From NCBI RefSeq assembly GCF_964204645.1, contig NC_134035.1, positions 3,720,001 to 3,784,000 on the forward strand: DNA of 64,000 nt, in the 5' to 3' direction. Source of the DNA: Tubulanus polymorphus (taxonomy: Eukaryota; Animalia; Nemertea). Positions 13,601-24,458 of this stretch are shown here, piece by piece. A program made the position numbers and the translations under genes. A model generated the notes under the pieces. The model saw only the letters and a program-made list of their open reading frames with translations, had not been told where the DNA came from and did no database searches. Numbering within the stretch: the stretch's first letter is position 1; each line of letters starts with the position of its first letter.

Positions 13601-13970
13601 GCGAATCCTTTCTAGTTTGACACCGTAACATGCGGTGAGCGTATTATTATGAAATCTTTTTTTTTTTAACCACGGTACCACGAAGTAATAAGCATCGTTT
13701 AAGCACTTGAAACACCCATTAACCACTTGAAACTGTCAGATCAAACATCATACCGCATCCCCGCAAAGAGGGGTAGTTCAGCAAACCGGAGTTTTCATCG
13801 GTCTTTCTAGACTACCCGGAAAACTCATAATGGCCGGGAATCGGGGCGGGGTTAGGTTTAGAGATAGAGGTTAGGGGACCAAACCGAAGGTTTGGAGACC
13901 CCACTAGTGCACGGGCAGCGGGTTATCCCTGTAAAAAAGTAGTAAGAGTTAATTGTTGTAGTGAGGCGGT

Positions 13971-14789
13971 CTACGGGACGTTCATGCCTCGGGGCGTGTT
14001 CGTGTCGAGTCGTCGTATCCAGTGTTGTTCGGCTGCTTCGCGGATCGGTCTCGTGGAGCCTGGTAGGTGTTGGAGACCGTACACCCGAAAGTGTTCGCGG
14101 GTGTGGTCGACTTGGTTGAAGTGGTCCGAGACTGGAGTCGAATTCTTCGTTCTGATGCGTGAGACGTGATGAGTGACGCGTTCTCGTAGAGACATTCCGG
14201 TTTGGCCGACGTACAGCATGTTGCACTTGGTGCATTCGATGCAGTATACATTTTCACGGGTCGCGCAATTAATTGTGCTGCCGATCGCGTGCATTTTGTT
14301 GTGGCTGCGGCAAACGGTTGTTTCTCGGACGAGTGGACACGTACGACATCTCGGTGTTCTGCATTTCTTGGTGCCTCGTCGGGTTGACGGAGTTCTTTGA
14401 GTAGACCTGGGAATAGAAAAATTGGAACCAACGGAAGTATTTCTGTTACGATGCGGTGAAGAGGGGACTCGGGGAGGGGGTGGCTCCGTGGGTTTGAGCT
14501 GCGACGAAGTTAGGAGATCTTTGAGACTCTTGTGCTTGGTGTAGGCGGTGACCGTGGTTACCTCGTCCGACCGGCCGGTGGCCGTAGCCAGTTCCGTAAA
14601 TCTGGTTCGGATGTTACGGGCTAGGGTTCGGTTGGCTTCGGAGTGAGGTAAGATAAGCGGTAAACGCTTTTTCGGCGGTTCGTTGGCCCGTTGTTGTTCT
14701 CGTAGATCTCGTTCGGCGTGGTGCCGTAGAGCTTGGCTTTTGATGTGTCGCAGTTCGCGGTCTTTGTAGCCACGACCTCTGAGTACTTT
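13971..14789 (-). mobile_element. 5'-truncated Penelope-like retroelement (Neptune-type): RT thumb/linker, Cys motif, GIY-YIG endonuclease
   Basis: Continuous 273-codon frame KVLRGRGYKDRELRHIK…RLPLILPH…AYTKHKSLKDLLTSS…KKCRTPRCRTCPLV…INCATRENVYCIECTKCNMLYVGQTGMSLRERVTHH…PVSDHF…REAAEQHWIRRLDTNTPRGMNVP*. The GIY-YIG motifs and Cx4CxxC linker are characteristic of Neptune PLEs. Confidence 0.9.
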
Positions 14790-14865
14790 AAGTTTTAGTT
14801 AGGGGTCATAGTAGTTAGTTATCTAGTAGTAGTTAGTTGCTCTTCGCAAATTTGTGAGCAATAAA

Positions 14866-15343
<478 letters not shown>

Positions 15344-15427
15344 CTAATCGTTGGTGGTAAGCTTTTACAATCGGATGGGCTTATACTTATGGTTACGTTA
15401 GGAGTTATAGATGTTATAAGTGGTGTC

Positions 15428-15492
15428 GGGTCAACACGTCCTCGCAGACCCGGTCAAAACGTCCTCGCTTTCGTCGGTCAAAACGTCCTCAC
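15428..15492 (+). repeat. Three phased ggtcaaaacgtcctc motifs ~180 bp upstream of the GPCR start
   Basis: ggtcaacacgtcctc, ggtcaaaacgtcctc, ggtcaaaacgtcctc at ~22-26 bp spacing; resembles subterminal repeats of DNA transposon ends (inference). Confidence 0.6.
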
Positions 15493-15671
15493 TCACGCCA
15501 GAATAATTACAAATAATTACAACTCACAAAAACATCATGATATCAAACACTAAGAGGCCTTCCCCGTTATGGTCGTAATTGTATTTGTAAAACTGAATAC
15601 AAGAAACTGCTGCATTTATCTATTGATGAAATGTTTAGTTTAATTCATCAGTTCTATCATAGAGAACGAGG

Positions 15672-16607
15672 ATGAACGCAACGATTTTCAAGAGGTCGTA
15701 CGTCGACAAATGGATTTTGGCCGCATATGTATTGCCGCCTCTAATCCCGGTCGGTGTTGGTTTAAACGCGATGATCATCGTCGTATTTGTCAAACTGAAA
15801 ACTAAAAATCGCTGCATCTATTTACTGAAATGTCTCGCTGTTGTCGATATCATATTTCTGGTGACGAAACTCATTCAGGACCCGGTGCGGTTTTATATTC
15901 ACTATGCCACGTGCGGTGATATGATCATTTATTTCGTAGCGCCGCGAATTTCCCCGTACATTTACATATGGCTGACAATGTTGAATAACGGATTTCAAAT
16001 GTTTCGTAATTATTTAACTGTAATTATTCAATGCGAACGATTAGTGACTATCATTTTTCTACTGAAGGTACGATATAGGATAAATTTTCTTATCTTATTC
16101 GCGTGTGTCTTTTCTGTGGCTATGTGTTCGTATTACCCGATCACGATGCGTGTAATCTATCAGCCCACATCGAAGCTCGGTCCTCATTACAAAGCATCAT
16201 TTGCGCGTGACAGTGTCTTTCTACTAATGAACCGATACATCGACCCGATCTTCCGTATTTTCATACCGAATCTATTAGTTTTCGTAGCGAATATAGCTCT
16301 TCTAATTGTATTACACGTTAAAACGACGCGTAGGCAAGATCTGACCGCCACAACTAGCGATCCGAAACCGCAAAAGGGCATGGCAAAAGCCACGAAAATG
16401 GTGCTTACAATGAGTATCATTTTCACGATTTTAGAATTTCCAGGTTTGCTCGGTAAAATCGGTGGACGCTACGTCCTCGGGCGCGGTTTAAACGTATTAA
16501 CATTCTATCTGGTTACATCGATCATCAATTCTTGTATAAATCTTATTCTTTATATAATTGTGAACAAGCAATTTAGAGAAAAGTTCGTTCAGTTGTTGAA
16601 ATGCTGA
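15672..16607 (+). CDS. Intronless class-A (rhodopsin-like) GPCR, peptide-receptor-like/Srw-like putative chemoreceptor, 311 aa
   Basis: Seven hydrophobic segments with class-A landmarks: TM1 GVGLN, TM2 YLLKCLAVVD, TM3 IQCERLVTI (ERL for DRY), TM5 FIP…N, TM6 KATKMVL…FTILEFP, TM7 INSCINLILY plus helix 8 NKQFREKF. Confidence 0.92.
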   Translation: MNATIFKRSYVDKWILAAYVLPPLIPVGVGLNAMIIVVFVKLKTKNRCIYLLKCLAVVDIIFLVTKLIQDPVRFYIHYATCGDMIIYFVAPRISPYIYIWLTMLNNGFQMFRNYLTVIIQCERLVTIIFLLKVRYRINFLILFACVFSVAMCSYYPITMRVIYQPTSKLGPHYKASFARDSVFLLMNRYIDPIFRIFIPNLLVFVANIALLIVLHVKTTRRQDLTATTSDPKPQKGMAKATKMVLTMSIIFTILEFPGLLGKIGGRYVLGRGLNVLTFYLVTSIINSCINLILYIIVNKQFREKFVQLLKC

Positions 16608-18345
16608 TTAAGATCGACATGAGGTTATCCCACGCTGCTTGCACCGAATAGTCGCTCGGATTTCTTCAGTTCGAGGAATTGAATAAATATAAAAGTTTCC
16701 CAAATTTAGAGGGTTGTTTTTTGCTCTTTTTTAAAATCTATACACTGCGGCTATATACTGACCAGTGACACTCATAGACTGGTATTAACATTTTATCTCT
16801 AGCCTATAATCTGTGTAGTGACTGGGGAGTAGTAACTTCCGAACATCCGGGCCTGCAGCGGAGTGGGGGGGGGGTATAGTTCAGGTAGTTTACGACAAAC
16901 CGCCGGAAATCCCAAAACGGTTCGCTCTGAAAAATGAATTTGCTGGAAATGAATAACATCCTAGGCTTGTCGTATGTCCTACCCGATCTTATAGTGCTAC
17001 AGATACCTAGGACTAGCGTTGGACTCCGTAGGGAGCCTTGCATTGCTAACACATAATGCCGTTGTCACTAGGCTCCTTTTTTACCTTCGAGCGCCTTTTC
17101 AAAAAGGTCCACTTAAAAGTCCACATTTTAAGGAAACTTTTATTTATAGGGAAAGCAAACTGCCTATAAAACCGGCCACGTTACAGGCCTGGCTACGATA
17201 TCAATCATCTATCCATTTACTCCGGAGAATGAAGCGGAGAATTTCTCCTGCCCCCATAGGAAAATACTGCTTCCCGGAATTAAAACCACCATCGATCACC
17301 ATTTCTGAGGCTTAGTGCGTATTGGATTACTGAATAAGTAATACGTATGATTCAGTCTGGTGCCACATTTTCTCCTTCGAATACGCTTCATTCATTTTGC
17401 ACAGTTATTGACGGGGTCCAGAGGTCTATGTCTCAGATCCCCGCCTTAAGGGTCCTCTGTGATTTCTGCATTTCCTAGATTGTATTGTTAAGAATATCTC
17501 ATCAATCAGTCGCTCGGTCATTCGGTCACCAGTCATCCATTTATCCAGTCAGGCATCAGACCATAATTGTAATGAAGAGGGACCCCAAATCCATTGGTCC
17601 TGAGAGACAGATTGATGATAAAGCAAGGGATTTTCTGGACTTTTTCGCCTGGAGAAAGAGTACCAAACTGGTGGGGAATTTCCTTCTATATTCGGCTCGG
17701 ATGTACTGGCATACCTGTACTGGGATACCCCTCTTTCTAAAGGTTTGATTATTTCAAAAGTTAGTTTGGGTATGTGGGGCGAAAACCATTATCAGCCGAA
17801 CCCAACTTTCGTTCGACAATGAATGGCCAAGGAATGGTTTTGGCCGTTGATGATAGTGATATTAAAAAGTAAAATAATCATTCCTTAACTATAATCGAAA
17901 TTAAGTTTTTTAAGGGTTAAGAGGCGCAAGTTGCATACGTATTTGAACAAAATGTGTCGCGCACGACTTAACTGGAACCATGGCCGTGACCGGGACGTGA
18001 TTAGTCTTTATATATTCTGTACATGAGTCAGATCGGCTGTCATACGAGACGCACGTAGAGTTTTGTGGGGATTTAGGATATTGGATTTTTGAAACGGAAA
18101 TACGCTATTTAGAACTCTCAAATTCAAAAACCACCCGTCGTATCTAGGACTAATATGCTGCAACGATCAGTATATATTTGTAGAGATTCAAGATATAGAC
18201 TCTGGAGCTGCAAGTTTGGTCAGAAACGGGCGATTTCAGTCTGAGTCGACATCGTCACGGCGTTGACCATTGTGACGTCATGGTCTTTTGTCCGAATGTG
18301 AATGGCCGTGGAATATGTTCGAATGTTTTCCTGTCACAATCGGGC

Positions 18346-18570
18346 GGACCGGATGGCTTAGTCGGTCGGCGACTAGCGTGTCACCGCTGTGGCCCAGGTT
18401 CGAGTCTCGGAGGAGGCGGGTCAGGATGTGGCAAGTGATCTCCGGTAGGCGGGCGAGTCGAGAGTACTGTCCTCCCTGGAATGAGGTTGCTAATGCGTGA
18501 GTCCTACAAAATAACTGGTGTGGGGTAAATTATGTTTAATTCAGTCGTTTCTGGCTGAATTATTTATTTA
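18346..18570 (+). mobile_element. tRNA-derived SINE (duplicate at about 63658-63882)
   Basis: Pol III A box tggcttagtcgg (18354-18365) and B box ggttcgagtct (18397-18407) at tRNA spacing, no acceptor stem, non-tRNA body, short atttattta tail. Confidence 0.7.
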
Positions 18571-20007
18571 TCCCACAATACCAGTCCCGGCAGCGGAGTA
18601 ATTCCACCAGGGGCTTCGACTTTTTTACAATATTAGTTTGTTATTTTAAGTTTAGTGGTGAGGGTTTGGGAAACTTTTTTATTTCCTCGAACTGAAGAAA
18701 TCCAAGCGACTATTCGGTGCAAACAGCGCGCGGTGATCAATCACAGTTCTTTCTCAACTGATGATAAAACTTTGAGATAATTCTTTAACATCACCAGATT
18801 TCAATTAAAGAAGATGTGTACGCGGCGATGTCTGGTGAACTTGTGTATAAATTCGGATTCAAAACGACTCTATCTAATAGAGAATAACTCACTGGAGAAA
18901 TGCCATACGCTCTACTACACAATAGTGCCGCGTGACTGCACAAACCCTTAAGCAAACTTCAATATCCTAAAGCAAAACTCGAAAAAGTAAAATTGAGCCG
19001 GTATTACAGTTCAAAACCAGACTTAAATAGAAGGGAAATCTACACTAAAGTTTGTTGGAGTTTATCTAAACCATGAGATAAAATTTCAGCATACAATTTC
19101 AGCCTAAAAACGTCGCATTCGATATTTCTATCTTTAACAATGTGTGCCTCTATGAATAGTCGAATTAAACTCGATGACCTGTAGGCCCCATTGAAAATGT
19201 TTGGCACGAATTGAATGGTTCTTGCGGATTAGCGTCACGGACTCGGGTCTGTCACAGGAATGCGCGATCGAGCTTTCTGATTGATCCAATCCGGTCGCAT
19301 CGATGATGCACCGTCGCTGATTGGTTGACGTAGGTATTAGAAGCGCGGTTCGAGCCGCCCGATGCCAGTCCGAGAACTGATGTCCAGTGATGAAGGTCAA
19401 CCTATAAGAGCTCTGAAACAAGGCGTGAAGAAAGTGTGGCTTCAAGCGAAGAACCAACTAATAAGCGGCTGATGATGTAAGGAGAGACTGGAACGTGAAG
19501 GAATTTGTGACGCCTAGCGATTGAGAACGCAAGATGAGACTGGCGGCTGTTGGTGCTGACGATTGCGGAGGAGATCCCGATACTGCTGCTGCTGCTTTTA
19601 TTGGTGTTGCTGCTGCTGTTGATGTCGGATTTCAACTACAAACAGATGACGGCTAATTTGCTGATGAAGACGAGTTGCTGTTGTCGCTGATTTCCGATGT
19701 TCTATTTCGCGCACATTCATACATTATGAATATTGTGTCTTTTTAGGGTTAAACCGAAACCAGTTCGCTACTACTGACAACTACATGTACACACAATTCG
19801 TTTGTCGCAACGTCCTGAACTAGTCTGCTGCTGCTGCTGCATTGGAAACCGCATCAACTCACATTTTGCTGTTTCGGTATCTTTACATTAAGATAAGGTA
19901 ATTATATTAAACTACACCCATCCGTACATTTTGCATATTCAATCTTCTTCATTAGCTTGACGATTATCCGATTTGTTTTTCAGCCGGCAATATTTGACGG
20001 CAACATC

Positions 20008-20722
20008 TTCAAACCTCGAGACGCAGACTCTACTCCGACTACAGAACCATCGTCAAACCTCGAGACGCAGACTCTACTCCGACTACAGCACCATCCTCAA
20101 ACCTCGAGACGCAGACTCTACTCCGACTACAGCACCATCCTCAAACCTCGAGACGCAGACTCTACTCCGACTACAGCACCATCCTCAAACCTCGAGACGC
20201 AGACTCTACTCCGACTACAGAACCATCGTCAAACCTCGAGACGCAGCCCTACTCCGACTACAGCACCATCGTCAAACCTCGAGACGCACAGCACCATCCT
20301 CAAACCTCGAGACGCAGACTCTACTCCGACTACAGAACCATCCTCAAACCTCGAGACGCAGACTCTACTCCGACTACAGAACCATCCTCAAACCTCGAGA
20401 CGCAGACTCTACTCCGACTACAGCACCATCCTCAAACCTCGAGACGCAGACTCTACTCCGACTACAGAACCATCATCAAACCTCGAGACGCAGACTCTAC
20501 TCCGACTACAGCACCATCCTCAAACCTCGAGACGCAGACTCTACTCCGACTACAGAACCATCATCAAACCTCGAGACGCAGACTCTACTCCGACTACAGC
20601 ACCATCCTCAAACCTCGAGACGCAGACTCTACTCCGACTACAGAACCATCATCAAACCTCGAGACGCAGACTCTACTCCGACTACAGAACCATCATCAAA
20701 CCTCGAGACGCAGACTCTACTC
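20008..20722. repeat. 44-bp minisatellite (~16 copies)
   Basis: Unit aaacctcgagacgcagactctactccgactacag(a/c)accatc(c/g/a)tc. Confidence 0.97.
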
Positions 20723-20780
20723 GTCATTATTTCGTTTTGCCGCATGTTGTAAAAAGTAACGTAAATAAATAAAACGTCCA

Positions 20781-21242
20781 TCTATATAAAATGCTCTCTT
20801 TAATAAAATCTCTGTCTCGGGCACTTTGCCCCGGATTGCCCCGGAAAGGACTCTTCCCTCTCACAACTTCCACTTGCCCCGGAAAGGACTCTCTTACAAC
20901 TTCTCACGTTCAAGGAAAAGTCAAAAAGGAAAGGACAAACGCAAAGTACAAATCAAAGGATTTATTCCAAATTCAAAGTAGGAATTTGTTACAGCTTGTT
21001 TGCAAAAGTAAAATTCAACATTTTATTGAAACGAACAAAATCAAAATTCAACATTTTATTTAATTATCAATAAAATACTATTATGGGATTTGAACCACCA
21101 ACCACTGATCTAGCAGTCCAGCAGCCTACCCACTACGCTATAGGGACGTTCTGACAGCGTGCAGGGGAACTCATATTTATCCATTGCTTAAGCAAATTTT
21201 ATCAAAAAAATAATGCCATCTACCGGGCGAGACAGGAACTAG
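20781..21242 (+). mobile_element. Non-autonomous Helitron-like element
   Basis: A|TCTATATAAAA start, …gaaCTAG|T end, subterminal inverted motif ctgtctcg/cgagacag, internal tgccccgga repeats. Confidence 0.6.
21084..21147 (-). pseudogene. tRNA-derived fragment (Ser-GCT-like) inside the Helitron-like element
   Basis: Minus strand gtccctatagcgtagtgggtaggctgctggactgctagatcagtggttggtggttcaaatccca has an A box, a CT-GCT-AG loop and a B box, but no 3' acceptor strand. Confidence 0.55.
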
Positions 21243-21269
21243 TTCCTATCACAACCCGGTAGATGGTGG

Positions 21270-21715
21270 AGAATGAGACCAGAAGAAGGAGATGAGAGGA
21301 GAGATGAGAATGAGAATGAAAGAGTGAGATGAGAGATGAGTATGAGATGAGTATGAGACCAGAATTAAAGAGTGAGAGAGTGAGATGAGACTATGAGAAT
21401 GAGACAGACAGATGAATGAGGTATGAGATGAGTGATATGAGAATGAGATGAGTGATGAGAGTGAGATGAGAATGAGACTATGAGAATGAGACAAAGAGAT
21501 GAGAATGAGTGATGGGAATGAGAGATGAGAATGAGAGATGAGTATGAGAGATGAGAATGAGAGATGAGTATGAGAGATGAGTATGAGAGATGAGTATGAG
21601 AGATGAGTATGAGATGAGAATGAGAAAGAGTGAGATGAGGATGAGAATGAGATGAGTATGAGAGATGAGTATGAGAGATGAGGATGAAAGAGATGATAGA
21701 AAGAGACAGAGAGGG
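21270..21715 (+). repeat. Purine-rich (GAGAT/GAGTAT/GAGAAT) simple-repeat tract
   Basis: Directly visible. Confidence 0.9.
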
Positions 21716-22914
21716 GATTGTATATCACCTGAACTTCTATGTTCCTCGTTGTTTTCTATCCGGCAGATTCTAGATGCCATCAGTAGTTTTAGTTTTACAG
21801 TTTTTAGTTCAAACAGATATTTATCCCATCAGCAGCAAAGTCATCACATAGTTAGTCCTCGTGGACATAAAGTTCACTATAACTGAAGTCAAGTTCTCTC
21901 AATATGTGTTCGTTTGTTTGTTTATCCTCCCGGTGAGTTCTAATGCTGCCAACACATATTTTATCCAGTTCATCTGATGTAGTCCTGATCATCAAACACA
22001 AACGTCAATAATTCCATCCTAGTGATGACAAACATCCTAAAAGATATAAATGAAACTTTATAGATTTGAGGCAACCAATCAGTTATACACAGTGTAAGAG
22101 TTAAGTCTAGTTACCGGTGTATCAGAGAAATGGCAATCTCAGGTAGGCTGGCTACTCCCCAAAATGAGTGTCAGGGGTCAAATATTTTTTGTCTCCGATT
22201 TTGATGAAATTCAGTATAGACATGTATCCTTGGGTGCTGATTACAAATCTGAAAGAATTTTTCGGATCTGAGGCCCAGAAAATGAGAAATTCGAATTATT
22301 GGGGGACCCCCCTATATTTTCAAAAGGCCTTGGACCCCAGAGTTTTCGAGATATTCAAAATCTGATTGCAGATTTGGAATCAGCACCCCTGAAAATATAA
22401 AGGACTAAAATTTCAAGCAAATCGAAGAGATTCGGTTTTTTGGCCAAAAATGGCAAAAATCTAAGGTGTTAGTCCAGGAGTTTTTTTTCGGCGAAAACTT
22501 TTTTTTCTCTGATTCCTTCTAAAATTGGTAGGAATATGTATTCTAAGGTGTAGATTCCGGATCCGCAATCAGATTATGAATCGGAATTCATCTTCTTGGG
22601 CAAATATGGGTTTTAATGCCCAAAATATGCACCCCAAAAATGGGGTACAAAGTCAAAATTTTTTTTGGGCCCAATTTTAATGAAACTTAGTGCAGACATG
22701 TTTTTTGGGGTGCTGATTACGAATATGGGGTTAGATTTTGGATCCGAGGCACCTAAAATGAGATATTCAGGATTTCGTATTTTGACCCCCTTAATTTCGT
22801 CACAAATTTTGATGAAATTTGCCTGGGAAATTCGGCCCAAAATCGAATATTATTCAATGATCAAATATTCAATTAATTTTTAAGGTAGAAATTGATGCTC
22901 TTACTAAAACCCTG

Positions 22915-24458
22915 TATTATAACTCCTGCAACACAATTACAGGCTGCCTCAAATAACCACATTGAAAATTCTTATGAAATGCAGAAAACAGTGTTTACAG
23001 ATAAACTGCTTTCTCATAATTGTTTTGGAAACTCATAAGAAATTCTACTCACACACTCACTAGCCCTTGTCTAGCAGTAATGGTAGTCCACTGAGTTCCA
23101 CAAATCCACATACACCTCCTGGAGTCCACCACTGACTGTTTTTTTATCCACTTATAGTCCGGTTAGTTGACTAAATAGTCCAGTTAGTTCACTAATAGTC
23201 CGGTTAGTTGACTAGTAGTCCAGTTAGTTCACTAGTAGTCCGGAAGAAGTTGACTGAAGAAGTAAAACTGTGATGAATTTCAGTAGAAGTCAACGTCCAG
23301 TATTCGTGATGAAGTTTACACAACAGCCCGAAGAAAACCTGAAATATAAAATTGAAATCACATTAACAGGGAGACTAACTGAGAAGTTGAGGGAGGATGG
23401 GGTGAGAGGTTGGGGGAGGATGTGGTGAGAGGTTGAGGGACAATGGGATGAGAGGTTTGGGAGGATGGGGTGAGAGGTTGAGGGAGGATGGGATGAGAGG
23501 TTGCGGAGGATGGGGTGAGAGGTTGAGGGAGGTTGGGGTGAGAGGTTGGGGAGGATGGGGTGAGAGGTTGAGAGAGGATGGGGTGAGAGGTTGGGGGAGG
23601 ATGTGGTGAGAGGTTGAGGGAGGTTGGGGTGAGAGGTTGGGGAGGATGGGGTGAGAGGTTGAGAGAGGATGGGGTGAGAGGTTGGGGAGGATGGGGTGAG
23701 AGGTTGAGGGACAATGGGATGAGAGGTTGGGGAGGATGGGGTGAGAGGTTGAGAGAGGATGGGGTGAGAGGTTGGGGGAGGATGTGGTGAGAGGTTGAGG
23801 GACAATGGGATGAGAGGTTGGGGAGGATGGGGTGAGAGGTTGAGGGAGTATGGGATGAGAGGTTGGGGAGGATGGGGTGAGAGGTGGGGGAGGATGGGAT
23901 GAGAGGTTGAGTGAGGATGGGGTGAGAGGTTGGGGAGGGTGGGTTGAGAGGTTGAGGGAGGGTGGGGTGAGAGGTTGGGGAGGATGGGTGAAAAGAGAAG
24001 CAAACACAATAACTCAGGCTTAAGCAAAAGTTTTCAGCAGTTTTCAGTCACTGGATTAACAGATTCACGTTTTACACAAGAGCCCAGCCTGTGGCAGTGG
24101 GAGAAAGCTGGTGTAACTAACTGGTCGAGTCAGCTGGTCTTAACCTGCTGAACAAGATGTGGTGCCGGAGGAAGTTGAAGAACAGTTCATCAAGATTTGT
24201 GAAACTATCGCCTGCTGCACCATGTGCAATGCAAGCGGCTAGGGTAGTGCGGCCCGTGTAGGCTAGAAAGTGGTTTTTGACACCGAGTGAGGTCCCTGTT
24301 AGTCTAGCACCTAGCCGTCGTTCCCTAAACAACCCGGAACCCGTAGTAAAAACGACTGACTGATTCAGACTAAATTTGAGTAGGTCCCGGCCTCCACTGA
24401 CTGTCGTGAAGTGTCTGCGAAGTCACTGGAGTGAGGTCCCCCTAAACTGTGTGTGTAC
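22915..24458 (-). pseudogene. Decayed HECT-domain (G2E3-like) exon relics; homologous relics at about 26645-28430 and 30775-31595
   Basis: Minus-strand segments after cag acceptors read SLGGP…SGLFRERRLGARLTGTSLGVKNHFLAYTGRTTLAACIAHG…LDELFFNFL; FSSVGL (third unit); and GLQEVWNSVCGFVELGGLPL…VNT/CLHCI…VICAARNCVAG (third unit, with frameshifts). This order parallels HECT N- and C-lobe motifs. By-eye similarity only. Confidence 0.45.
23388..23990 (+). repeat. G-rich ~21-23 bp minisatellite (gaggatggggtgagaggttg…); shorter versions at about 27995-28160 and 31250-31350
   Basis: Directly visible; strongly strand-asymmetric with multiple G-runs. Confidence 0.92.

Noticed and set aside
13918-13935. 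acagggataac motif resembling large-subunit rRNA (minus strand)
   Set aside because: About 11-bp match only; the flanks do not resemble rRNA.
18346-18420. Functional tRNA gene
   Set aside because: A and B boxes are present but there is no acceptor stem or proper cloverleaf, and it continues into a SINE-like body.
20008-20722. CRISPR-like array or mucin-like ORFs (271 aa, 259 aa)
   Set aside because: Contiguous 44-bp monomers with no unique spacers and no cas genes in a eukaryotic context. The period is not a multiple of three, so the ORFs cycle through frames and are repeat artefacts.
23290-24027. Pro/Ser/His-rich extensin-like ORFs (also 21249-21728 and 27953-28216)
   Set aside because: Open in several frames because of strand-biased simple repeats; length varies widely among the tandem units.
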